Shown one piece after another: positions 1-8,778 of a DNA stretch of 64,000 nt. Source of the DNA: Candidatus Binatia bacterium (lineage in GTDB: Bacteria; Desulfobacterota; Binatia; UBA9968; JAJDTQ01); the NCBI GenBank assembly GCA_963666515.2, contig OY762897.2, forward strand, positions 3,355,912 through 3,419,911, read 5' to 3'. Positions within the stretch are counted from its first letter, which is position 1; the number at the start of each line of letters is the position of its first letter. A program made the position numbers and the translations under genes. The notes under the pieces are model-generated. The model worked only from the letters and a program-made list of their open reading frames with translations. It was not told where the DNA came from and did no database searches.

Positions 1-336
1 ATGTTCGGCCTCGTGCTCGGGGCCCGCTATGAACGGGCCTTCTTCGCCCGCTACAAGCTGTTCATCCCGTTCGCGGTGCTGAGCTCCCTCTTCGCCCTGG
101 CCGCCTCGATGGTGGTGGGGCTGGCGCTGGCCTGGGCGTTCGGGCTGCCGATCGCCACCATGATCATCTCCACCTCGCCCGGAGGCATGGCGGAGATGTC
201 CATCACCGCCCAGGCCCTGGGCATCGGCGTCCCCGCGGTCATCGCCTTCCACCTGGCCCGCGTGGTAGTGGTGAACATGGGCACCCAGCACATCTACGTC
301 GGCGCCACACGCTGGCTAGGGCGCGGCCGACCGTGA
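1..336 (+). CDS. AbrB-family (PF05145-type) membrane protein, C-terminal fragment; 5' end lies outside the window
   Basis: ORF is open from the window edge. It has hydrophobic TM stretches and the family-typical SPGGMAEM motif. Confidence 0.55.
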   Translation: MFGLVLGARYERAFFARYKLFIPFAVLSSLFALAASMVVGLALAWAFGLPIATMIISTSPGGMAEMSITAQALGIGVPAVIAFHLARVVVVNMGTQHIYVGATRWLGRGRP

Positions 337-454
337 CCCACGGACCGCCGGTGGCTTGCGCCGCGCGACGGTACGGTGTAGGGGCGGGTTGCGAAACCGT
401 CCGCGTGCGGCCCGCGTGATCGGTCGGCACACTCTCCCAACGGCAGGAGGTATC

Positions 455-1351
455 ATGGAAGAGAATATCCGGTATTTCAGCGGCCCCGGCTACGGCCTGT
501 CCGCGGTGGTCACCATCCCGGACGCCCGCGACCGGTCGCAACGCCATCCCGGCGTCATCCTGTGCCAGGGGTACGCCGGGCTCAAGGAGGCGCTGATGCC
601 CGCGGTGGCCGAGCGCCTGGCCGCCGAAGGGTACGTGACGCTCCGTTTCGACTACCGCGGCTTCGGCGAGAGCGAAGGGCCGCGCCATCGTCTGATCCCC
701 CTGGAACAGATCGAGGACATCCGCAACGGCCTCACCTGTCTTGGCGTGCGCCCGGAAGTGGACCCGGACCGCCTCGCCATCTGGGGCACCAGCTTCGGCG
801 GCGCCCATGCGGCCTACGCCGCGGCCGTGGATGAACGGGTCCGATGCATCGTCAGCGTCGTGGGCGTCGGCGACGGCGAACGCTGGCTCCGCTGCCTGCG
901 CCGCGAATGGGAGTGGCAGGCGTTCCTGAAAGAACTGGACGACGACCGCAACCGGCGGGTGCTGAGCGGCCAGTCCCGGCGCGTGCACCCCTACCACATC
1001 ATGGAGACGACTCCGGAAGGCTGGGAGTTCTGGAAGGAGACCGTGGCCGCCAATCCGGAGAGGGGCGAGGTCGAAATGCCCCTGGAATGCGCCGACGCCA
1101 TCATCGAGTACAAGCCCGAGGCCGTCGCCCACGAGATCGGGTGCCCGGCCCTCTACGTCTCCGCCGAGCTCGACACCCTCACCCCGCTCGACGAGCAGTT
1201 GAACCTCTACGAAAACTCACCCGAGCCCAAGGACTACGTCGTGATTCCGGAGGTCAACCATCACGACATCTACAAGGAGCCGCACCTGAGCCACCTGCTG
1301 GACCTGTCCGCGGCGTGGTTCGACGAGCACCTGAAGGCGGTGGGCGACTAG
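455..1351 (+). CDS. alpha/beta hydrolase (dienelactone-hydrolase-like)
   Basis: ATG at 455 is preceded by AGGAGG (445-450). Motifs: RFDYRGFGESEG and the nucleophile elbow GTSFGG. The upstream part of ORF 356..1351 is Arg-rich and unlikely to be coding. Confidence 0.8.
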   Translation: MEENIRYFSGPGYGLSAVVTIPDARDRSQRHPGVILCQGYAGLKEALMPAVAERLAAEGYVTLRFDYRGFGESEGPRHRLIPLEQIEDIRNGLTCLGVRPEVDPDRLAIWGTSFGGAHAAYAAAVDERVRCIVSVVGVGDGERWLRCLRREWEWQAFLKELDDDRNRRVLSGQSRRVHPYHIMETTPEGWEFWKETVAANPERGEVEMPLECADAIIEYKPEAVAHEIGCPALYVSAELDTLTPLDEQLNLYENSPEPKDYVVIPEVNHHDIYKEPHLSHLLDLSAAWFDEHLKAVGD

Positions 1352-3660
1352 AGCGGCCTCGACCCCCGCAGCACCTCCAGCACCCGCTCCGGCCGGAGCG
1401 GCAGATCCTTCACCTTGGCGCCCCCCAGCGCGTTGGCCACGGCGTTGCCGATGGCGGGCTCCACCGGGCCGAGGGCGGCTTCGCCCATGCCCTTGGCGCC
1501 GAAGGGGCCGTCCGGGTGGGGATGCTCCACCAGGAGAGAGGTGAAGGTCTCGGGGTGGTCCTGCATGGACGGCGGCAGGTAGCTCAGGAAGGTGCAGTTG
1601 ATGGGCTGGCCGTTGTCGAAGACCATCTCCTCGAAAAGCGACGAGCCCAGGGACATGAGCATGGAGCCCTCGTTCTGCAGGTGGCACTGGCGCGGGTTGA
1701 TGGCCTTGCCGGCGTCCACCGCGGTGGCGAGGCGCACCACCCGCACCTTGCCGGTGTCGGTGTCCACCTCCACCTCGGCGGCACACGCGGACAGGAAGAA
1801 GAAGGCGGAAGCCTTGCCCTTGCCGGTGGCCGGATCGACGCCGCCGCGGCTCTGGAAGCCGGCGTTGCCGAACAGGCTGCCCACCGCACCGCCGAACCGG
1901 GCGCGGAACAGGTCGCCGAAGGCGAGGCGCCGCTCGGGGACGCCGGCCACCTGCACGTGGCCGTCCCGCAACTCCAGGTCTCCGGGGTCGGCCTCCAGCT
2001 CGCCGGCGCCGATCTCCAGGAGCTGGTCCGCCACCTGGCGGGCCGCGGCGACCGCGGCGTTGCCCATGCTGAACACCGTGCGGCTGGAGCTGGTGGACTG
2101 GTCGAAGGGGGTCACGTCGGTGTCGGGCAGGGTGACGGAGACCCGCTCCCGGGGGATTCCCAGCACCTCGCTCACCATCTGCGCCAGGCTCGTCTGCACT
2201 CCCTGGCCGATGTCCACGCTGCCGGACAGGAGGGTGGCGGAACCGTCGGCGTTGAGCCGCAGGCCGGCGGAGGAATGGGAGGGCGTCATGGTGGTCTTGA
2301 TCATCACCGCCACGCCCTTGCCGCGCACCAGCGGCCCGGCCGCCCGGGGCGCCTGCTCCGCTCCGCCGCGCCACTCCACCGCCTGGGCCGCGGCCCGGAG
2401 ACAGTCCTCCAGCCCCACCGCCTCCAGGGTGTCGCCGGTGACGAAGACGTCGCCGTCGTGGACCAGGTTCCGCAGGCGCATCTCCAGCGGGTCCAGCCCG
2501 AGTTGCCGCGCCATGTCGTCCATCTGCGCCTCGTAGGCCCAGCACACTTGCGGCACGCCGAAGCCCCGGTAGGGCCCGGTGGGCGGGGTGTTGGTGTAGA
2601 CGCACCAGGAGGTGAGGCGCTGGTGCGGGATGCGGTAGGGTCCGCCGGACACCTCGCCGCCGTTGCGCGAGGTGGAAGGGCCGGTGAGGGCGTAGGCGCC
2701 GGTGTCGTAGACCGCCTCCACCTGCCGGGCCAGGATCGTGCCGTCGTGCTTGACGCCGGTCTTGATGCGCACCGCCGCGGCGTGGCAGTGGCCGGTGAGG
2801 AAGACCTCCTCGCGCGTGAGCTTCCACTGCACCGGCCGTCCGGCCTTGCGGGCCAGGGCCGCGGCCAGGGGCTCCAGCCGAAGGTGAACCTTGCCGCCGT
2901 AGCCGCCGCCGACGTAGGGCACCACCACCCGCACCATGGACTGCGGCAGCTCGAACAGTTCGGCGAGCTGGACGCGGATGGACGAGGGGTTCTGCGTGGC
3001 GGAATGGACCGTGAGCTTGCCCGCCGCATCCCAGGAGGCGGTGACCACGTGGGGTTCGATGTGGCCGTGCTGGATCTTGGGGGTGGTGTAGGTGTCCTCG
3101 AAGACCAGGTCCGAGGCGGCGAAGCCCTCGTCGACGTCGCCGCGTCCGACGCTGTAGGAGGTGAGCACGTTGGCCCGGTCCTCGTAGTGGTAGTGGCCCT
3201 TGTCCAGGCGGCTCTCGGACTGCACCCGGGTCTCGTGGAGCACCGGCGCGTCCGGGGACATGGCCTCCACCGGGTCCAGCACCGGGGCGAGCGGCTCATA
3301 CTCCACGCGGATGAGGTCGAGGGCTTCCTCGGCGATGTCCGGCTCTTCGGCCGCCACCGCGGCCACCACCTCACCGGCGTAACGGACACGGTCCACCGCC
3401 ACGATGGGCTGGTCCTTGACCACGGGTCCGAAATGAGAGTGGTCCGGGGCAAGGTCCGCACGGGTGAGCACCGCCGCCACGCCGGGAAGGGCCTCGGCGG
3501 CGCTTGCGTCCACGGAAACCAGCCGTGCGTGCGGATGAGGGCTCCTCAGAGCCTTGACATGGACGAGCCCCGGAAACTCCAGGTCGCCGGTGTACTGGGC
3601 GGCGCCGGTGACCTTCGCCGGCCCGTCCACCCGTGCCGCATTCTCGCCAATGTAACTCAT
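1348..3660 (-). CDS. xanthine dehydrogenase/aldehyde oxidase family molybdopterin-binding large subunit
   Basis: 770-aa ORF. N-terminus (VDGPAKVTGAAQYTGD, VKALRSPHPHARL) and overall layout are typical of the Mo-binding subunit. Confidence 0.9.
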   Translation of the reverse strand: MSYIGENAARVDGPAKVTGAAQYTGDLEFPGLVHVKALRSPHPHARLVSVDASAAEALPGVAAVLTRADLAPDHSHFGPVVKDQPIVAVDRVRYAGEVVAAVAAEEPDIAEEALDLIRVEYEPLAPVLDPVEAMSPDAPVLHETRVQSESRLDKGHYHYEDRANVLTSYSVGRGDVDEGFAASDLVFEDTYTTPKIQHGHIEPHVVTASWDAAGKLTVHSATQNPSSIRVQLAELFELPQSMVRVVVPYVGGGYGGKVHLRLEPLAAALARKAGRPVQWKLTREEVFLTGHCHAAAVRIKTGVKHDGTILARQVEAVYDTGAYALTGPSTSRNGGEVSGGPYRIPHQRLTSWCVYTNTPPTGPYRGFGVPQVCWAYEAQMDDMARQLGLDPLEMRLRNLVHDGDVFVTGDTLEAVGLEDCLRAAAQAVEWRGGAEQAPRAAGPLVRGKGVAVMIKTTMTPSHSSAGLRLNADGSATLLSGSVDIGQGVQTSLAQMVSEVLGIPRERVSVTLPDTDVTPFDQSTSSSRTVFSMGNAAVAAARQVADQLLEIGAGELEADPGDLELRDGHVQVAGVPERRLAFGDLFRARFGGAVGSLFGNAGFQSRGGVDPATGKGKASAFFFLSACAAEVEVDTDTGKVRVVRLATAVDAGKAINPRQCHLQNEGSMLMSLGSSLFEEMVFDNGQPINCTFLSYLPPSMQDHPETFTSLLVEHPHPDGPFGAKGMGEAALGPVEPAIGNAVANALGGAKVKDLPLRPERVLEVLRGSRPL

Positions 3661-3733
3661 AGAGAATTCTGTACTACCGTCATCAGTACGGGAACAGTCA
3701 ACGACAACCCGCTATCGTCGTTCCGGCCTCCTC

Positions 3734-3833
3734 CGTCATTCCGGCGAAAGCCGGAATCCAGGCGCGGGGAGGGGCAGACGGGAGTGAACCTCCGCCCCAC
3801 CCGTCCTGGATTCCGGCTTTCGCCGGAATGACG
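3734..3833. repeat. REP-like palindromic element: perfect 29-bp inverted repeat flanking a 42-bp G/C-rich spacer
   Basis: CGTCATTCCGGCGAAAGCCGGAATCCAGG (3734-3762) is the exact reverse complement of 3805-3833. Each arm also contains a small TTCCGGC-GAAA-GCCGGAA hairpin. One arm recurs at 31452-31482. Confidence 0.85.
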
Positions 3834-3848
3834 ATGGCGGACGACCCC

Positions 3849-4934
3849 CTACCCCTCCGCGGCGGCCCAAAGCACACGGATGGCGGGCAGGCCCAGGAAC
3901 TGGGCGCCGCGCTTCTGGCGTCCGATGCGCTCCCAGGTGTCGCCGCGGTCGGGGGTCCGGTAGATGTCTCCTTCCCCCGGCGGGCCGGCGGTGTGGCCGC
4001 GGGCCACGTCGCCGAAGGCCGCAATGATCGCGTCGCCGTCATAAGGATCGCGGGCCAGTTGCCAGCACATGCCCGGATGCGTCACCGGCAGGCCGGCGCC
4101 CACCTGCCGCCAAGTCCGGCCGGAGTCCTCGCTCCGGTAGATGCGGCCGTCGGCGCCGCTGGGGCGGTCCCAGTACTGGGGCGAGCCGTGTCCGCCCGCC
4201 AGGAACAGCGCCGGCGGGTCGCCCGGCAGCATCACCACGTCGTGGAAGTAGTCGCTCTCCATGCCCTGCTCGGCGCGCTGCCACCCGGCCTCGGGCGGGT
4301 CGCCCCGGAAGAACCCGCGAGAGGTGGCGGTGAAGAAGGCGGCGGGGTTCTCGGGCGAGCGGACGATCATGTGCACGTCCGGGTACTCGATGCCCTCGCT
4401 CACGTCCTCCCAGGTCCCGCCCCGGTCGAAGCTGCGCACGATGCCGCCGTGCTCCAGCGCGAGGTAGAGGGTGTCGGTGTTGTCGGGGTCGATGTAGATG
4501 TGGCGCACGTGGCCGTGGTGCGGCGGGTAGGGAAACCACCAGTGGTGCTGGACCTCGGGAGGCAGCGCCCGGAGCCCTTCCAACTCCTCCCACGAGCCGC
4601 CGCCGTCCTCGCTGCGAAACAGCATCACCGGCTCCGTGCCGGCGTAGACCACCCGGTCCTCGATGGGATCCACGGTGACCCAGCGGATGTCGCCCTCCAG
4701 CACCCGCTGCCAGTGGCGCCCCTGGTCGCGGGTGCGGTAGAGGCCGTCCTGGGTCACGCCCGCGTAGACCACCTCCGGGTTATTGCGGCACCCCCACACC
4801 GAGTCCACCACCTGGTCCGGGAAGAAGCTCTGGTACTCCCGCGACCCGCGCATGGAGGTCCAGATATCCCCCACCCCGCGCAGGATCACCATGCCCTCCT
4901 GGGTGCCGGCGTAGAGTCTGAGAGCCTCGGCCAC
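3849..4934 (-). CDS. BNR/Asp-box repeat beta-propeller protein (sialidase/glycosidase-like)
   Basis: Repeated S/T-x-D-x-G-x-T/S-W boxes: SEDGGGSW, SFDRGGTW, SEDSGRTW, TPDRGDTW. GTG start at 4934 with GGAGGA upstream. Confidence 0.75.
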   Translation of the reverse strand: MAEALRLYAGTQEGMVILRGVGDIWTSMRGSREYQSFFPDQVVDSVWGCRNNPEVVYAGVTQDGLYRTRDQGRHWQRVLEGDIRWVTVDPIEDRVVYAGTEPVMLFRSEDGGGSWEELEGLRALPPEVQHHWWFPYPPHHGHVRHIYIDPDNTDTLYLALEHGGIVRSFDRGGTWEDVSEGIEYPDVHMIVRSPENPAAFFTATSRGFFRGDPPEAGWQRAEQGMESDYFHDVVMLPGDPPALFLAGGHGSPQYWDRPSGADGRIYRSEDSGRTWRQVGAGLPVTHPGMCWQLARDPYDGDAIIAAFGDVARGHTAGPPGEGDIYRTPDRGDTWERIGRQKRGAQFLGLPAIRVLWAAAEG

Positions 4935-4967
4935 GTGCTGTCTCCTCCGAAACGGTGTTGCCCCAGG

Positions 4968-5594
4968 TCAGGCCTGCTGCAGCTTCTCCAGGAAGGTGGC
5001 CGTATCCATCACCACGCCGAAGTGCTTGTCGAAGTTCTGCAAGGTCGCGGCCTGCTCCTCGTCCGAGAAGCAGGCATTGCTGTCGGAGAGGAACAGAACC
5101 TTGAAGTCGCGCATGGCGCCGTCCCGGGCGGTGCTGTCGCAGCACACGTTGGTGGCCACGCCGGTGATGGCGATGGTGTCCCGCCCCAGCCGCCGCAGCA
5201 CGTTCTCCAGGTTGGTGCCGTAGAAGCCGCTGTAGCGGAACTTCTTGATGGTGATCTCGTCCTCCTCGGGCTTCACGCTCTCCAGGAACTCAGCGCCGGG
5301 CGCCCCCTCGATGTTGGTCCAGGGATCGTCGGTGTGGTGGGTCACGGGCTTCAGGTCGGCGAACACGCCCACGTCCGCCAGGTCCTTGCGCTTGGTGGTG
5401 TAGAGGTAGATGACCGGCACGTCCGAGGAGCGGCACACCGTCAGGAGTTCCTGGATCTTCGGGATGATGTCCTCCGACGACGGCAGGTAGCGGCACCCCC
5501 TGGGGTCCACCCACATGTTCTGCATGTCCACCACGATCAGCGCGGTGTTGTCCTTGCCGATGCGCCAGTTGTCAGCCGAGCGTGACTCGTCCAT
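4968..5594 (-). CDS. isochorismatase-family cysteine hydrolase
   Basis: ALIVVDMQNMW, ITGVATNVCC and a CDST region. The internal ATG at 5594 has a GGAGG RBS; the ORF extension to 5720 is unlikely to be coding. Confidence 0.85.
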   Translation of the reverse strand: MDESRSADNWRIGKDNTALIVVDMQNMWVDPRGCRYLPSSEDIIPKIQELLTVCRSSDVPVIYLYTTKRKDLADVGVFADLKPVTHHTDDPWTNIEGAPGAEFLESVKPEEDEITIKKFRYSGFYGTNLENVLRRLGRDTIAITGVATNVCCDSTARDGAMRDFKVLFLSDSNACFSDEEQAATLQNFDKHFGVVMDTATFLEKLQQA

Positions 5595-5834
5595 CTTCCG
5601 CCTCCTTTTGCGATAGGGTCCGGGGCAGTGCCGGAACCCCCGTCTATCACAGACGAAACCGCGCTCACAAGCCAAGCCGCCGGACCGCAACCGTTGCCTC
5701 GCCGGGTTGACAAAGGGCACTGTTTCAATGATGGTGCCGGTTTTCGTTGAACTCCGCTGTCAGCGATGTTCCGCCCGGCATGTCTTCGCGGCATGAACGG
5801 CATGAATCCGGGGCGTCACAAAGAGGAGGAGAAA

Positions 5835-6776
5835 ATGACAAAGCTGGTAATCGGGTTGCTGGCCCTGGTGTTCATGGCCCAGGGCGTTCACGCGCAGACC
5901 GTCAGCATCGGCACCAACCCCCAGGGCTCGCTGGCTTACGCCACCGGGGCCGGAGTCGCCAAGGTGGCCATCGAGGCGGGCGGCGTCAACATGCGCGTGG
6001 TGCCCCAGGGCGGACCGGTGGTGACCCTGCCGCTGGCCAACAACGGCGAGCTGGACTTCACCATCTCCAACGTGGCCGCCAGCTCGTTCGCCGTGCTGGG
6101 CAAGGAGATGTTCAAGGGCCGGAAGCAGGCAAACATACGGCTCGTGGCCGTGCTGTTCCCGCTGTACGGCGGCTTCTACGTGCGCGACGACTCGGACATC
6201 AAGACGCTGAGCGACCTCAAGGGCAAGCGGCTTCCCAGCAAGTACACCAAGCAAAAGATCGTCGGCCTCAACTCGCTGTCGGTCCTCAACACCGTGGGGC
6301 TGAGCTACAAGGACGTAGTCGGCGTGCCGGTGCCCAACGGGGTGCGCGGGGTGCGCGACTTCATGGAGGGGAAGAACGACGCGGCCTATTTCTCCCTGAC
6401 CTCGGGGATCACCCGGCAGGCCCACGCCGCCGTCGGAGGCATCCGGGTCCTGTCCATGGAGAACACGCCCGAGGCGCTGGCGGCGATGCGGAAAATCGTC
6501 CCGGCCGCGAGCATCGCGACCCTTCAACCCAAGAAGCTTTACCCCGGCATCACGAAGCCCACCCACGTGTTCCAGGCGTCCTTCGTCGTCAACGCGAGCG
6601 CGAGCACGCCGGACGACGTCGTCTACAAGGTGGTGAAGGCGCTGCACGCCAACAAGCAGAAGCTGATCGGCTCCCACGGCATGTTCAAGCAGTTCAATCC
6701 CGCAAAGATGCACGTCGACCTGGGCGTCCCGTACCATCCCGGCGCCGCCCGCTTCTACAAGGAGAAGGGGCTCTAG
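5835..6776 (+). CDS. TAXI-family TRAP transporter solute-binding protein
   Basis: Signal peptide (LLALVFMAQGVHAQ) and the C-terminal YHPGAARFYKEKG signature of TAXI receptors. AGGAGGAG RBS lies before the ATG at 5835. Confidence 0.85.
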   Translation: MTKLVIGLLALVFMAQGVHAQTVSIGTNPQGSLAYATGAGVAKVAIEAGGVNMRVVPQGGPVVTLPLANNGELDFTISNVAASSFAVLGKEMFKGRKQANIRLVAVLFPLYGGFYVRDDSDIKTLSDLKGKRLPSKYTKQKIVGLNSLSVLNTVGLSYKDVVGVPVPNGVRGVRDFMEGKNDAAYFSLTSGITRQAHAAVGGIRVLSMENTPEALAAMRKIVPAASIATLQPKKLYPGITKPTHVFQASFVVNASASTPDDVVYKVVKALHANKQKLIGSHGMFKQFNPAKMHVDLGVPYHPGAARFYKEKGL

Positions 6777-6858
6777 GGCGACCGCGGGTCGCCCCTGCAA
6801 TGCGACTACTCGGACGGGCTCCCAGCCGGGTAGAAAGACGACGTGCTGAATCCTCGCC

Positions 6859-8778
6859 ATGGCCAGCGGTGACGGAGACGCCGTCCGGGCGCCGATCGCG
6901 TCCTGGACGGTGCGTATCGCCGGACGCCTGCTGGGCGGACTGCTGACGGCCGCGGCCCTGGCCGAGGCCGCGGACCTCTACCGGGCCGTCGGCATCGTGG
7001 TGTTCGCCGAGCAGCGCCTGCTGGCCCTGCTCGGCCTCGCCCTCGGCACCCTCTACCTCCTCAAGGGGGCCGGACCGGGCCCTCGCCTTCGCGTGCCCTG
7101 GTACGACGCGGTAGCGGCGGTGGCCGGCCTGGTCGTGTGCGCCTACCTGAGCTGGCACTACGAACGGATCTTCGAGGAACTCTACGCGCGCCCGCGCGAC
7201 GCCCTGATAGGAGGCGCGATCATCCTCGCGCTGGTGGCGGAGGGGGTGCGCCGCTCCGCCGGCCCCGTGCTGTTCATCTTCCTGCTGTCGTTCTTCACCC
7301 TGGGCTTGGTGGGCCACTTCATCCCCGGCCAGTTCCAGGGACGCGACGTGGATTTCGACCGGCTGGTGATCTACCTGAGTCTCGACTCCAACTCGCTGGT
7401 GGGGATTCCCCTCACCGTGGCCACCACCATCGTCATCTCGTTCATCTACTTCGGCAACCTGCTCGACCTGTCCGGCGGATCGAGGTTCTTCACCGACATC
7501 TCCACTGCGCTCATGGGCCGTTACCGCGGCGGCTCCGCCAAGATCGCGGTCACCGCCTCGTCGCTGTTCGGCTCCATCTCGGGCAGCGCCACCTCCAACG
7601 TGGTCTCCACCGGCGTCATCACCATCCCGCTGATGAAGAAGGGAGGCTACCCCGCGCATACCGCGGGCGCCATCGAGGCCGTGGCCTCCACCGGCGGCCA
7701 GTTGATGCCGCCGATGATGGGCGCCGCCGCCTTCGTCATGGCCGAGTTCCTGCAGATCTCCTACCAGGAGGTGGTGCTGGCGGCGCTGATCCCGGCGGTC
7801 CTCTACTACGTGGCGCTGTTCATCCAGGCGGACCTGTTCGCCGCGCGGGAGGGCATCGCGCGCGTGGACGAAGGCGCCATCCCGCCCCGCTGGCCGGTAT
7901 TCCGCGCCGGCTGGCCTTACGTGGTGCCGTTCGCCGTGGTGATCTGGTGCCTGTTCTACCTCAACCTGAGGCCCGAGACTTCGGCCCTGTGGGCCGCCGG
8001 CAGCCTCGTCCCCGTCGGCCTGTTCATCGGCTACCAGGGCGAGCGGATGCGCTGGTGGGTCATCTTCACCGTCCTCGCCAAGACCGGCGCCCTGTGCGTC
8101 CAGGTGCTGATGATAAGCTGCATGGCCGGCGTCATCATCGGCGTCCTCAACATCACCGGCCTGGGCTTCGCGCTGACCCAGGCCATCATCCACCTGGCCG
8201 GGGGACAGACCCCCCTGATCCTGCTGCTGGCGGCGCTGATCTCCATCGTCCTCGGCATGGGCATGCCCACCCTCGGCGTCTACCTGCTGCTGGCGACCCT
8301 GGTGACCCCGTCCATGGTGGAAGTGGGCATCCCGCCCATGGCCGCGCACCTGTTCGCGCTCTACTTCGGCATGCTGTCGCTGATCACCCCGCCGGTGGCG
8401 GTGGCGGCCTTCACCGCGGCCACCGTCGCCGAGTCCGACTTCCTGCGCACGGGTTTTGCCGCGGTGCACTTCGGCTGGACCGCCTACGTCCCGTTCCTGT
8501 TCGTGCTGGCGCCCGAGCTTCTCATGGAGGGCTCGGCCCTGACGATCATCCACACCGCGGCCACCGCGGTCATCGGCGTCTGGCTCGTGTCCGCGGGATT
8601 CATGGGGTATTTCGCCAGACCTCTGGGTGTCGGCCACCGGGTGCTCTTCATGGCCGCCGGGCTGCTTTTGTTCTTCCCGGCCGGAGGGGTGAGCTACGGC
8701 ATCTGGACGGACGTGGCCGGCGCCTGTCTGGCCGGGGTGCTGGCCGCGATCGGGGGATTCCGGGGCGAGAAGAGCTGA
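6859..8778 (+). CDS. TRAP transporter fused permease (4TM/12TM, TAXI-type)
   Basis: 639-aa polytopic membrane ORF directly downstream of the TAXI receptor. Confidence 0.85.
   Translation: MASGDGDAVRAPIASWTVRIAGRLLGGLLTAAALAEAADLYRAVGIVVFAEQRLLALLGLALGTLYLLKGAGPGPRLRVPWYDAVAAVAGLVVCAYLSWHYERIFEELYARPRDALIGGAIILALVAEGVRRSAGPVLFIFLLSFFTLGLVGHFIPGQFQGRDVDFDRLVIYLSLDSNSLVGIPLTVATTIVISFIYFGNLLDLSGGSRFFTDISTALMGRYRGGSAKIAVTASSLFGSISGSATSNVVSTGVITIPLMKKGGYPAHTAGAIEAVASTGGQLMPPMMGAAAFVMAEFLQISYQEVVLAALIPAVLYYVALFIQADLFAAREGIARVDEGAIPPRWPVFRAGWPYVVPFAVVIWCLFYLNLRPETSALWAAGSLVPVGLFIGYQGERMRWWVIFTVLAKTGALCVQVLMISCMAGVIIGVLNITGLGFALTQAIIHLAGGQTPLILLLAALISIVLGMGMPTLGVYLLLATLVTPSMVEVGIPPMAAHLFALYFGMLSLITPPVAVAAFTAATVAESDFLRTGFAAVHFGWTAYVPFLFVLAPELLMEGSALTIIHTAATAVIGVWLVSAGFMGYFARPLGVGHRVLFMAAGLLLFFPAGGVSYGIWTDVAGACLAGVLAAIGGFRGEKS

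Noticed and set aside
844-3831. Very long ORFs antisense to recognisable genes: 844..3831 (+), 15180..18260 (-), 20174..23263 (-), 23603..25960 (-), 48219..50912 (-), 52278..55634 (-), and many shorter ones.
   Set aside because: They are Arg/Gly/Ala/Pro/His-rich and low in complexity. They have no recognisable motifs and lie opposite ORFs with clear family signatures. This is the expected stop-codon-poor antisense frame of high-GC DNA.
3698-4042. ORFs crossing the REP-like elements (3698..4042 -, 31279..31506 -, 31299..31526 -) that share the peptides IPAKAGIQ and RRKPESR.
   Set aside because: The shared peptides are just translations of the repeated palindrome. The ORFs overlap real genes or intergenic hairpins.
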